Shown here piece by piece: positions 20,563 to 31,018 of a stretch of 64,000 nt of DNA. The stretch is taken from assembly GCA_965218435.1 (NCBI GenBank), contig CBDCKW010000005.1, forward strand, positions 192,001 to 256,000, given 5' to 3'. The first letter of the stretch is position 1. Each line of letters begins with the position of its first letter. The position numbers and the translations under genes are program-made. This DNA is from Truepera sp. (GTDB taxonomy: Bacteria; Deinococcota; Deinococci; Deinococcales; Trueperaceae). The notes beneath the pieces are model-generated. The model made no database searches and had not been told where the DNA came from. It saw only the letters and a list, made by a program, of their open reading frames with translations.

Positions 20563-21531
20563 ATGAAACTCGTTTCTTACCAACTGACGACTCGGCTCGG
20601 GGATGTGACGCGAATCGGGGCGATGACCGCAGCAGACAAGGTGCTCGACCTAGCGTTTGCCCACAGCCTGTTACTCGAGGCTCGAGGGCTGACCCGGGAG
20701 GCAGCCCGGCGAATTGCCGCAGCTCTGTTCCCTGATACGATGGTGGGCTTTATCGAAGGGGGTGAGGTGGCGCTCGAGGCCGCTCAGGAAACACTGGCTT
20801 GGGCGCAAAAGGGAGAAGGGGATGAAGCACTCTTTGAACCAGCCGACCTCACCATGCTTGCGCCCGTTTCGCGTTCACCCCTCATCCGCGACTTTTTAGC
20901 CTTTGAAACCCACCTGACCAATATCTACCCCAAACTCGGGCGCGAAATTCCGCCCGAATGGTACAACCTGCCCGTCTACTACAAGGGCAATCCCGGCAGC
21001 GTCGCTACGCACGGCGACGACATTCCCATCCCTGAGAACGTAAACGAAATCGACATCGAGTTTGAAATCGCGCTTGTTATCGGCAAAGGGGGCGGCGACA
21101 TTGCGCGTGAGCGGGCGTTTGAACACGTTTTCGGTTACATGATTTTCAACGACCTTACCGAGCGCAAAATCCAGGCGCGCGAAATGTCGGTCGGTCTCGG
21201 CCCTGCGAAAAGCAAGGACTTTACCAGAGCCAACGTCTTCGGCCCTTACCTCGTCACGGCGGACGAGATTCCGGACATTTACACCCTCGAAATGGAAGCC
21301 CGCGTTAACGACGAGCTGTGGTGCAAGGCGAACCTGGGCAGCGTCTACTGGCGGTTTGAAGACATCATTGCCTACGCCTCGCAAGGCGAGTACCTTTATC
21401 CCGGTGAAATTCTCGGCTCCGGCACGGTGGGTGACGGTTCAGGTGCCGAGCGAGACACCTACCTGAAACGGGGTGACGTGGTGGCGTTGAAAGTCGAGAA
21501 AATGGGCACGTTGCGGAACCGTTTCGTTTAG
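20563..21531 (+). CDS. Fumarylacetoacetate hydrolase family protein
   Basis: DIEFEIA, FND, AKSKDF, GSGTVG motifs. Confidence 0.9.
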   Translation: MKLVSYQLTTRLGDVTRIGAMTAADKVLDLAFAHSLLLEARGLTREAARRIAAALFPDTMVGFIEGGEVALEAAQETLAWAQKGEGDEALFEPADLTMLAPVSRSPLIRDFLAFETHLTNIYPKLGREIPPEWYNLPVYYKGNPGSVATHGDDIPIPENVNEIDIEFEIALVIGKGGGDIARERAFEHVFGYMIFNDLTERKIQAREMSVGLGPAKSKDFTRANVFGPYLVTADEIPDIYTLEMEARVNDELWCKANLGSVYWRFEDIIAYASQGEYLYPGEILGSGTVGDGSGAERDTYLKRGDVVALKVEKMGTLRNRFV

Positions 21532-21543
21532 TAAGACCGGGGT

Positions 21544-24220
21544 TTACATGCTCCTATCCTTTTTAGACACGTCCGGCTCGAGCTGCCCCACCCGAAACGT
21601 GTAGCTGCCGGACCCAAGCTCGAGCGTCACCTGCTCGTTTTCTCCTTCAACACTTTCGACGCCTGCAGTTTCGCTGAGCGGTTTGGTGCTTTCAGTGACG
21701 GCTTGCACTGACGACGCCGAGATTATGACGGTTGCCGCCGTGTTGACCGGAATCTCGAGGCGGAGTGTAAACACTTCGTTTTCAAGGTGCCAGTCGCTCA
21801 CCACAGGGCCGTGAATTGTCTCGAGTTCGGCTCGAGCCGCCGTCAAACCGCCGCCCGGTTGTGGCCTGATGCGGATGTGCTGGTACCCCGGCTGGTCGAA
21901 GCCCAGCCCTGCGACCGTGGCGTAAAGCCACTCGCCCACCGCGCCGTAAGCGTAGTGGTTAAACGAGTTCATCCCCGGGTCTTGAAAGCCGCGCACCTCC
22001 GTCCAGCCGTCCCAGCGTTCCCACATCGTCGTCGCGCCCTGCGTAACCGGAAACAGCCACGAGGGGTAGCTCGTCTGCATAAGTAACTTGTAGGCGACGT
22101 CCGTGCGACCGAAGCGGCTCAGGGTGGGGGCCAGCAGCGGTGTACCGACGAAACCCGTGGTCAGGTGCCAGCCGCGCTTTTCCAAATCGCCGACGAGGTA
22201 GTCCAGCGCTGTCTCACGCTTGTCTTCAGGCAGCAGGTCGAAGGCCAGAGCCAGCAGATAACCGGTCTGGGTGTGACCGACGACCCGACCGCTTTCGGTG
22301 ACAAAAGCTTGATTGAACGCCGCCGTGACGTTTTTAGTGAGTGCCTCAAAATGTTGACGGTCGTTTTCTCTCCCTAAAACCGCCGCGATTTTTGTCATTA
22401 GCTGCGCGCAGTGCGCGAAGTACGCCGTGCCGATGAGGTCTTTGGGGGTGGGCGCGTCGTCTGGGGTTTTGGCGTTGGTAGCGAGCCAGTCGCCAAAGCC
22501 GTCGTCGGGCCGAACAAGTGCGTCGCTGGTCGTCTCCATGTACCCGAGCCAGCGCGTCATCGCTGTGTAGTGCGTCTCGAGCACGCGGGTGTCGCCGTAC
22601 CACTGATAGATCGTCCAGGGGCAGATCACTATGGCGTCCGCCCAGGCTGCAGCGCCGCTCCCCGGCACCACGTTCGGGACGACGTGTGGCACCGAACCGT
22701 CTTCTAGCTGCGCGTCTTCTAGGTCTATCAGCCATTTGGTAAAAAAGGGGGCAACATCTAGGTTAAAGCAGGCCGTGCGGATAAATACCTGCGCGTCCCC
22801 CGTCCAGCCGAGCCGTTCGTCGCGCTGTGGGCAGTCGGTGGGAACCTCGAGAAAGTTTCCCTTTTGACCCCAGAGGATGTTCGACTGAAGCTGGTTGACC
22901 AGCGGGTCGGAACATTCAAAATGTCCAGTTTGTGGCAAATCCGTGTGTAAAACGACGCCCGTAACTGTGTCCAAAGTGGGCGGCGTGTTCAGGCCCGTGA
23001 CCTCGACGTACTGAAAACCGTGAAAGGTAAAGCGCGGTTCGTAGACCTCTTCGCCCTGACCTTTGAAAATATACGTGTCCGTCGCCCTAGCTGTGCGTAA
23101 GGCTTCGGTATAGAGTGTCCCGTCCGGGTTGAGGCGTTCCGCGAAACGCAGCGTGACCTTGTTGCCCGCCTCGCCCTGCGCCCTTAAACGCGCCCAACCG
23201 ACGATATTTTGACCCAGGTCGAAAATGTACCGGCCCGGTTGGGGTTCATTCAGGGTGACGGGTTTCAGTTCAGCGACCGCTCGAACGGGTGGCATCCGTT
23301 TGGCGACCAAGTTGCGACGAGGTTGTTCGGATACCGTGACCGGCTCCCAGCCCGCAGCGTCGAAACCAGGTTCAGCCCAACCGCCTAGCTCGAGCCGCGC
23401 GTCGTAGTGCTCGCCGTTATAGAGGTCAGAGCTGAGCAGAGGCCCGGTTCGGATACGCCAGTCGGCGTCTGTAGCGATGACCTCGCGGGTGCCGTTTTGG
23501 TAGGTCAACGTAAGCTGAGCCAGCAGCAAGGGCTGCTCGCTCCACAAGCGGTTGTTGTGCTCCCACACCAGATACCCGCACGCCCAACCGTCGCCGAGAG
23601 TGGCCCCGAGTACGTTTTCGCCCTCACGGAGGTACCCTTTCACGTCGTAGGTGAGGAATTCGACGCGCCGGTTGTAAGTCCGTCCAGCCGGGGACGAGCA
23701 GGTCTTGTCCGACGCGCTGCCCGTTCAGCTGAAGTTCGTACAGACCCAGCGCCGTGACGTAAAGCCGCGCGCTGGCGACCGGGCCGCTCGGTGAAAAGCT
23801 GCGCCGCAAGTAAGGGCTCGGTTGCGAGCCTGCGTCCGTGGGCGGCGACCCGCCAATCCAAGAGCCAACCCAGACGTCGGCCCCCAGCAGGCCCATCTCC
23901 CACCAGGCAGGTTCGCTCCACGCCGACGGCGTATCGTGCTCGTCCCAAACGCGCACCTTCCAATGATAGCGAGTTGCCGACGCAAGGGGCTTGCCCTCAT
24001 AAGCAACGTGAACCGACCTGTCCGAGGCGAACTTGCCCGTATCCCAAACATCGCCCCGGTCGCGTTCTAACGCTGCGGCGCTCGAGGCGACCAGCACCTG
24101 ATAGGCCCTCTGACGGACGCCGCGTTCGGGTGAAGTCAGCGTCCAGCTGAGGCGCGGAAGCACGTCGATACCCAGCGGAAACTCGGCGTATTCGGTTCGC
24201 AGAGTGCCGACCGTAATCAT
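21544..24220 (-). pseudogene. Alpha-L-rhamnosidase (GH78), split by a +1 frameshift near 23676
   Basis: PTDCPQRDERLGWTGD, GATTMWERW and SFNHYAYGAV motifs. Removing one T from GAC TTA CAA restores GWTDYNRRVEFLTYDV and joins the two ORFs. Confidence 0.88.
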
Positions 24221-24299
24221 TTGGGCACGTCCCGGTATTTATTCTCGAGGTTCGTGTTAGGTTTCACATTTGAAATAACGTCTACTGCAAACGTCGGTA

Positions 24300-25163
24300 T
24301 CATCCGCGCTCCTCTAGATTGACGGGGCGGGCTTGCTCGAGTAGCCGCGCCAGAGTCGCCCCTAAAATCATCGTGCGGCCGTCTTGGGAGATAAAGTCAC
24401 AGTGCGTCCTGAACGCTTCTAAAGCCTGCCGGTAGGTCATAAACCCCCGTACGACTGGATAATCCGAGCCCCAGCAGAGACGTTCTCCGCCGAACCCGTC
24501 GTAGAGCGCCCGAACGAGTCCGTGTGTGCTGCGGTAAGGAAAATCCCACGTCGCGTCCGCTACCGTGTAGTAAAAACCGGACAGCTTGAGGTGGATGTTG
24601 GGGTGTCGCGCTGAAGCCAAAACCTCCGCAAGCTGCGCTTCATGACCAACCTGAGGATGCCCGAGGTGATGCACGAGAATGGGTAAATCCGGAAACCGCT
24701 CCGCTACCTTGCGGAGGGCGGCTTGCTGGTGAGGCGCACACGAGGTGCTGGCGATAAGCTTGAGTTCGGCGGCTGCCGCAAAAAACGCTAAGCCTTCTTC
24801 GCTGTAGAGCCAGCTGCCGTCATCCTCGGCTCTCAGGTAATGCGTAAAACCTTTGATGGGATACCGCGCGGCGGCGTCTCGCAAACGCTCAGCCGCGCCG
24901 GGCGTGTGGTAGGTCGCAGACCAAGCGCAGTCCACATCGGCAAACTGGTGCAAGCGCTCGGGGTAACGCCTCACCTGCGCGGCGACGTAGGCGTTATTCT
25001 CGGGGTTGTGGTCGATGTTCGCGCTAACCAGAACAGCCTGAGCGACGCCGCTTACATCCATTTCGTAAAGCAGTTGTTCAGCCCCGCCGCGCGTTTTAGG
25101 GTCGGGGACAGGCGGCTCGTAAGGCCAGGTTTCCCAGGCGTGGCTGTGGCTGTCGATGATCAC
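24300..25163 (-). CDS. Amidohydrolase_2 family protein, probable sugar lactonase
   Basis: IDSHSHAW, HHLGHP, KLSG and WGSDYP motifs. Confidence 0.85.
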   Translation of the reverse strand: MIIDSHSHAWETWPYEPPVPDPKTRGGAEQLLYEMDVSGVAQAVLVSANIDHNPENNAYVAAQVRRYPERLHQFADVDCAWSATYHTPGAAERLRDAAARYPIKGFTHYLRAEDDGSWLYSEEGLAFFAAAAELKLIASTSCAPHQQAALRKVAERFPDLPILVHHLGHPQVGHEAQLAEVLASARHPNIHLKLSGFYYTVADATWDFPYRSTHGLVRALYDGFGGERLCWGSDYPVVRGFMTYRQALEAFRTHCDFISQDGRTMILGATLARLLEQARPVNLEERG

Positions 25164-26326
25164 GAAAAGAAAGGCTCGAGCCAGTCCTCGGGAATCTCCA
25201 ACCCAAAACCGGGGGCGTCGTTCGGCACCAGAAAGCCGTCTTTACACACAGCTTGCCCCGGAACTTGGACAGTCTCTTCCAGCGGCACGCCGGGAGGAGA
25301 GCCGATAAAGTACTCGAGCCACGGCACCGCAGACATCGCGTAGCTGAAGTGCTGCCCGTAAGGGTTGCGCCCGCCCCCGTGCAAGATGACGCTTTTACCG
25401 CTCGCTTCCGCTGCGGCGGTAATCTTCAAGCAGGTGGTGAGGCCGCCACACCAGTTGATGTCGGGTTGTAAAATATCGACCACATCATGCCGGAGCGCCC
25501 ACTGAAAAGGCACGTGCGTATACCAGTGTTCGCCCGTGGTGAGCGTCTGCCACGGCAAACGGCGGCGCAAATCGACGTGGGCGTCGAAATCTTCGGAGAG
25601 CAGGCACTCCTCCAACCACTTCAGCCGGTAGGGGCGCAGCCGCTCGGCCAAGCGCACCGTGTACTCGACATCGAAGGCCATCCAGCAGTCGAGCATCAGT
25701 TCACAACTGTCGCCGATCTGTTCGCGTACCTTTGCCACGAAGGCTTCGTTTTTCTCTAAGCCCTCGAGCCCGTCCGCAGGGCCGTAAGGGCAAGCAAGCT
25801 TGTAAGCCTTAAAGTTCAGTTCCTCGTACCAGTCGGTATCATTGCCCGTGACGTAGCAAAAAAGCTTGTCTTTTTGAGGCCCGCCCAACAAGCTGTAAAC
25901 GGGTAGCCCCAAGAGCTTGGCTTTCGCGTCCCAGAGGGCCAAATCTACTGCACTCACCGCGTAAGACGCCAGGCCGGGCGAGCCGTAAACCTTTGTCATC
26001 CGAAACATCATGTCGGAAAGTTTTTCAATCGCCAAACCGTCTTCACCGATTAAGTTCGGGGCAAGGTGGTCGTCGATGATAGCCGCCGTCACACGCCCGT
26101 GGTCGGTCAGTCCCAGCCCCCAGGTGCCGTCTTGAAGCGTGACCTTGCACCACACCTGCTCCCAGGTTTTGGGCAGCCACAAATTGCGGTGCTGCTTGAC
26201 ATGCGGATAGCGCGACATCGGGTTGGCAACTTCATCGGTTTTGACCCACGGGTCGCGACTAGGTGGGGTGCCGCCTTGCCGCTCTGGAAACTTGACCCGA
26301 ACGGCCTGTACCTCAGTGATTTTCAT
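25160..26326 (-). CDS. Enolase-superfamily acid-sugar dehydratase, L-rhamnonate dehydratase-like
   Basis: ANPMSRYP, KLACPYGP, MLDCWM, WLEE, TGEH, QPDINWCGGLT. Confidence 0.82.
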   Translation of the reverse strand: MKITEVQAVRVKFPERQGGTPPSRDPWVKTDEVANPMSRYPHVKQHRNLWLPKTWEQVWCKVTLQDGTWGLGLTDHGRVTAAIIDDHLAPNLIGEDGLAIEKLSDMMFRMTKVYGSPGLASYAVSAVDLALWDAKAKLLGLPVYSLLGGPQKDKLFCYVTGNDTDWYEELNFKAYKLACPYGPADGLEGLEKNEAFVAKVREQIGDSCELMLDCWMAFDVEYTVRLAERLRPYRLKWLEECLLSEDFDAHVDLRRRLPWQTLTTGEHWYTHVPFQWALRHDVVDILQPDINWCGGLTTCLKITAAAEASGKSVILHGGGRNPYGQHFSYAMSAVPWLEYFIGSPPGVPLEETVQVPGQAVCKDGFLVPNDAPGFGLEIPEDWLEPFFS

Positions 26327-27353
26327 AAAGCTCCTCTGTACCTAAAAAGATGCCGTCTCGAGCCGCTGACAGGTAGGCGGCCTCGAGCACCTCCACCGCC
26401 CGCCGTCCTCCCGCCGCGGGCGAGCCGTTGTCGGCTTCTCCCAATGCCACCTCGACCAAGTTTTGTGACGGCAACTTGCCGATGTTGCTCATGGGCTTTG
26501 CGGCGATGTCCTCGAGTTCGGCGTCACGCCTATGAACCGTCGCCCGCTGCGCGCCCGCGTCGATGTCCACCCAGCCACGTTCACAGCTGATGAGCAGCCG
26601 GAACACCACGCCTTGCTGGTTGCCCGTGCCGCCTATGGTGCCGAGCGCGCCGTTTTCAAAAGTGACCGTCATGGCGTCGACTACATCGACGGGTGAATCA
26701 TGCTTTGCCATCATGGCGGCGACGCGGGCGGGGCGTAAGTCGGTGAGAAAAAAAAGCAAGCCTAAAGCGTGTGTGACTTGCACCTGCCCGTGTCCGCCGC
26801 CCAGTTGCGCGGGGTCGACGTACTGAGCCGGGCCGTGAACGGCGAAGTCTCGGCTGAAAGTTCCTTGAAAAAAAGGTGTCATGTCGGAGCTGTAAACCGC
26901 CTGCACGTATTGAATTCGCCCGAGGTCGCCCGAGCCGAACACTTCCTTTACTCGCTTGGCAAACGGCAAAAAGTTGAAGGAGTAGCCGACGATGAGTTGG
27001 CGCTCTTTGGCCGTGGCAAGCTCGAGCAATTCCTTTGCTTCTTGCGCGCGGAGCGTCAAGGGCTTTTCGACGAGGACGTGAAGACCGTGCTCGAGGCAAA
27101 CTTTCGCAACTTCATAGTGGCTGGCGTTGGACGAGGCGACGACAGCGGCGTCGAGAGCTTGTTCCGCAAGCATCGTTTCGAAATCGGTGTAGGCGGCGGA
27201 CACGTCGTACTTGGCGGCGGTCGCTTGTAACCGCTCGGCGCTCAAATCACAAAGGGCCGCTAGGTCTGCTCGTGGGTTCTCGAGCAAAGCCGGGATGTGA
27301 ACGTCGCTCGCCCACCAACCGGTGCCGATGACGGCGACGCGAATCTTTTTCAC
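26313..27353 (-). CDS. Gfo/Idh/MocA family oxidoreductase
   Basis: GTGWWA and VEKPL motifs. Confidence 0.9.
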   Translation of the reverse strand: MKKIRVAVIGTGWWASDVHIPALLENPRADLAALCDLSAERLQATAAKYDVSAAYTDFETMLAEQALDAAVVASSNASHYEVAKVCLEHGLHVLVEKPLTLRAQEAKELLELATAKERQLIVGYSFNFLPFAKRVKEVFGSGDLGRIQYVQAVYSSDMTPFFQGTFSRDFAVHGPAQYVDPAQLGGGHGQVQVTHALGLLFFLTDLRPARVAAMMAKHDSPVDVVDAMTVTFENGALGTIGGTGNQQGVVFRLLISCERGWVDIDAGAQRATVHRRDAELEDIAAKPMSNIGKLPSQNLVEVALGEADNGSPAAGGRRAVEVLEAAYLSAARDGIFLGTEELYENH

Positions 27354-27407
27354 GAGCGAACCTCGGAGATGCAGACGAAAGCTGAGGGACGGAGGAAATT
27401 CATAAAC

Positions 27408-28433
27408 CTACGGAACGAGCAACACTTTCGAGACGTTGCCGGGCGCGTCCAGCAAACGGTCGAACCAGGTGCCGCCGTCGGCCAGGGGCGCTTCGGTAAT
27501 CCAGGGGTCGAGGCGGACTGCACCTTGCTCGAGTAGCTCGAGCGCCCGTTTGAAGTTCGCGGGCGAGTACGCGAACGAGCCGCGCAGGGTGATTTCCCGG
27601 CGGATGATGTCGGCGGCGGGAATGGTGCTCGTCTCTTCGTGCAGTCCGCTCAGGATGACCTTGCCGGTAGTTGTAGCGGCGGCGACGCACTGCGAGCGCG
27701 TACCCGCCGTACCGACGGCGTCCACGGCGACCGGCACCCTACGTCCATCCGTCGCCGTTTTGACGACCTCGACCGTATCGTTGCCACGCGGGTCAATGGT
27801 CTCGCCGCCGAGAGCTGCGCCCATCGCCAGCCGCTCGGCGTCCAAGTCGGCGATAAAGACGCGCTTCGCGCCGTTGTTCAAGAGCACTTGCAGGCTCAAA
27901 AGGCCGATAGGCCCGGCTCCGATAATCAAACAGTCCTGCCCGCGCACCGCCCCCGCGAGTTCGCCGATACGCACGGCGCAGGCGACGGGCTCGGTCAATG
28001 CACCGGTACGCAGCGACATCGTTTCAGGGAGAAGCATGACGGACTGCGCCGGCACGCTCACGTAGTCGGCGTAAGCTCCCGGACGGTGTGCGCCGAGCAG
28101 CGCCCGCGACGGGCAGAGATGGTCGAGGCCACGCCGCTGAAAGTCCGAGTCCGCTTTACACGAGAGCGGGTTGACGGTGACCGGCTGACCCTCGGCTAAA
28201 GCCGGATTGAGGCGTCTAGCGTCAGACCCGAGTGCTACAATTTCCCCCGAAAACTCGTGCCCCATGACTAGTGGCGGCACCCGCAGCGCGTTGTGGCCTA
28301 GATATCCACTCAATTCGGAACCGCAGATGCCCGCATAGGCGACCTTGACGAGCACCTCGTCCGCTTGTGGCGTAAGGTCTTCTTGTTCCCGCATCACCAT
28401 CTTTTTCGGAGCTTCCCAAACTAAGGCTTTCAC
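27408..28433 (-). CDS. Zinc-dependent alcohol/sugar dehydrogenase (MDR family)
   Basis: GICGSE, GHEFSG and GAGPIG motifs. Confidence 0.92.
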   Translation of the reverse strand: MKALVWEAPKKMVMREQEDLTPQADEVLVKVAYAGICGSELSGYLGHNALRVPPLVMGHEFSGEIVALGSDARRLNPALAEGQPVTVNPLSCKADSDFQRRGLDHLCPSRALLGAHRPGAYADYVSVPAQSVMLLPETMSLRTGALTEPVACAVRIGELAGAVRGQDCLIIGAGPIGLLSLQVLLNNGAKRVFIADLDAERLAMGAALGGETIDPRGNDTVEVVKTATDGRRVPVAVDAVGTAGTRSQCVAAATTTGKVILSGLHEETSTIPAADIIRREITLRGSFAYSPANFKRALELLEQGAVRLDPWITEAPLADGGTWFDRLLDAPGNVSKVLLVP

Positions 28434-28454
28434 ATGTGACCTCTCTTTCAGTAT

Positions 28455-30503
28455 TTAAGCTGAACCGTTTTGTTCTTTTTGCAAAAGGTCTAACAGGTTG
28501 ATGGCGATAACATCCGGCGGAATCGCCATCCCCCCGTAGTTTCCGGTCACGCTGTTGTGGGTGTCAGCGAAACAGGTATCCAGCAAACCCTGCTCGAACA
28601 GCTCGAGCGTGTCCGGCAAATTGTGAGGCAACCAGGTTTTCTCGTTAGCGCCAAGCATCCAGCGCAACGCCGCCGTGGTGACGCCCTGTTGGTAGCGACG
28701 CCAGTCGATGTCTGGGTCGACGGTTTTCCAGTCGATGCCGTAGTGACTCGAGAGCGCAAAAGTCTCTAAGACCTCCCACTGCACGTGGTCGCGTACCCAG
28801 TTGGCGAAGTACCAATCGCTCGCGCACAAGCAGGGTTTGGTGTTGTAAAGCGCGGGGGCCGCGTCAGGCTCCCACAGATGGGTGAACGGCAACAGCGCAC
28901 GCAGCCAGTGGCGTGCCTTTTGTAAATAACGGTCGTCCCTGAAGTGCCGATACCCGAGATAATAGGCGACGGCGGCGTGTCCGGCGGCGAGCAGGTTGGG
29001 GCTGTGGAGCGGCGTTTCCCAGTAGTCGCCGCCTTCGGGACGTTGCATCTCCAAACAGTAGTCGAGCGCTTTGCGGGCGGCGTCGGCAAACTCGGATTCA
29101 TCTGTAGTTTCTGTGAGATAAAGCAGCTCGAGCACCGGCAATATCGTAATATCCAGGGCCGTGTCCTGAGCGTGGCCCATCGGTTCTAAAAAGGTCGTCG
29201 CTACGATGAAGTCGTCTTTGCGGTAGTGCCGCCCTGCCGGATCGAACGGGAACGCGCCGTTCTCCTGCTGCGCCTCGAGCAAACCTCGTCCGTGCTCGAG
29301 CAAGGCGTCTCGAGACAGGTTCTTTTCACGCAAGGGCAGATATTTTTCATGTTCAGGCTGCGCTCTGACCCACTCGAGCTTTTCCGCCAAGCGCGTCGCC
29401 GTTTCTGTGCTTGCATAGCGTGCCACATAAGCCGGGGCGAAACGCGGGAGTTTTGGCTGAACCGAGTTTTCTGTCTGCGCCGTGCCGAAGCCTTTGCCTT
29501 CGTGCCACAGGTGTGTGGTGTAGGCGTCGGCGATGCGGTGAAGCGCATCTTCAAAAGACCAGCGCGGTTCCGGTGGTGGAGGCAAACCGCGCCGTTTAAC
29601 GTAGTCCGCTACGACGTCCAAGCTAGTACCTTGGGTCAAGAAAATTTCTGCGTCGAAGTGGAGCCACTGTTCATGGTGGAGCTCGAGCGGCGGCTCGGCG
29701 TAAACCTGGTTTTCTAAAGCTTCCACCTCCGCGTCCGGCAGCATCAGCCCCAGCAGGTGCTGATTGCAGCGGTCGATAAAATTGGGCGAGGCGAATACGG
29801 GTTGCTGCTTTTGTCTGCGGTAATTGAACCAACCGGTCGCGTCCTGCACAGGGTTCCAGGCCATCCCGATGCCCACGCCCTCGTGACTCACCGCCATCAG
29901 CGGGATGGCGACCTTGTTCGGGTGCGGCATAAACCGTTTGGCCCAGGGGTCTTTGAACCAGTCGGTGCCGCTCGACCATTCCTCGCCGACGAGCCACTCG
30001 ACGCCGGGAAAGATGGCGTCGGTTTTGTCATGTCCAAAACTACCTGCGCCCACCTTTAACCAGGGGCCGCGCACGTAGCGGGCGTACTGGTTAGCTTTGG
30101 ATATATAGCGGCAAGAAATCATGAGCCGGGGCGCGTCTGGTACTAAGGTCAGCCTGACTTCTCCCACCAGGCAGTGAACCTCGAGCGGATAGTGGAGCCA
30201 GCTTTCGAAAGAGGTTCCCTTCAGCTTGTCCTTGACAATAAGGGATTTGACGCTAAAGGTTAGGGTGTCGCCTTCGCTGTTTTGGGTGTGTTTGCATGTT
30301 TCGGCCTCGAGCCGCATCGGAATCTCCTGGTCGCGCAGCAGCAGCTCGCCTAAATGTTCCAAAACACCCAAGCACTTGCCCTGCGGGCTCAACAGTTCGG
30401 CCCAGCCCCAACCGGTCAGCCGCTTGTGAACCTCGACGCGGAGGTACTCGTTTTGCAAGGTGACGGTTTCGCCGCCATAACTGGCGTGTTGGTAGACTGG
30501 CAT
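28455..30503 (-). CDS. Hypothetical 682-aa Trp-rich protein, possible carbohydrate-active enzyme
   Basis: Long ORF with GAGG RBS, first gene of the minus-strand catabolic operon. The C-terminal half has helical-repeat character. Confidence 0.75.
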   Translation of the reverse strand: MPVYQHASYGGETVTLQNEYLRVEVHKRLTGWGWAELLSPQGKCLGVLEHLGELLLRDQEIPMRLEAETCKHTQNSEGDTLTFSVKSLIVKDKLKGTSFESWLHYPLEVHCLVGEVRLTLVPDAPRLMISCRYISKANQYARYVRGPWLKVGAGSFGHDKTDAIFPGVEWLVGEEWSSGTDWFKDPWAKRFMPHPNKVAIPLMAVSHEGVGIGMAWNPVQDATGWFNYRRQKQQPVFASPNFIDRCNQHLLGLMLPDAEVEALENQVYAEPPLELHHEQWLHFDAEIFLTQGTSLDVVADYVKRRGLPPPPEPRWSFEDALHRIADAYTTHLWHEGKGFGTAQTENSVQPKLPRFAPAYVARYASTETATRLAEKLEWVRAQPEHEKYLPLREKNLSRDALLEHGRGLLEAQQENGAFPFDPAGRHYRKDDFIVATTFLEPMGHAQDTALDITILPVLELLYLTETTDESEFADAARKALDYCLEMQRPEGGDYWETPLHSPNLLAAGHAAVAYYLGYRHFRDDRYLQKARHWLRALLPFTHLWEPDAAPALYNTKPCLCASDWYFANWVRDHVQWEVLETFALSSHYGIDWKTVDPDIDWRRYQQGVTTAALRWMLGANEKTWLPHNLPDTLELFEQGLLDTCFADTHNSVTGNYGGMAIPPDVIAINLLDLLQKEQNGSA

Positions 30504-31018
30504 TTCAACCTCTTAATCGAAAAGGTAACAAGGTTACCGAGCGCTGTTGGGAAAAGCAGATTCGATGGGACTGGTTAGGCTGTGTTCCACTTCGCCATCT
30601 TGAGAAGTACACCGGATCTTGAGATAGATCTGGTGAACATAAAGTTTCGCAACCTCCTTTCTCAACTTCTTACCTGCGGTACGGTAGATCTCACCTCAAA
30701 CAAGTTATCGAACAGAACCTGCATGGAATTAGTCGAACTATCCACTTAAATTAACTGACATCAATAGCTTGCTTCGTGTGGGCATTAATACTCTCTGATG
30801 ATGGTCGCGGCTATACCTACCTCCTGAATTAACGAGCTTCCTGACCCGTCGTGCAATAACTAGAGTCAGTTCGTCGAGAACTAAGAAGTGTTTCTTAAGT
30901 TTGACATATAAAAATCTGCTGAACCTTTAACTGCACTATAACTAGAACTCCCTTTCAAGTGGGTAGGTGGCCAAGAGTTGAGCGCCGAACGAGTTTAACC
31001 TTGACTTTTCTCAAAATC

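Noticed and set aside
30540..31010. Possible gene or IS remnant in the intergenic gap
   Set aside because: No ORF or paired TIR that I could support.
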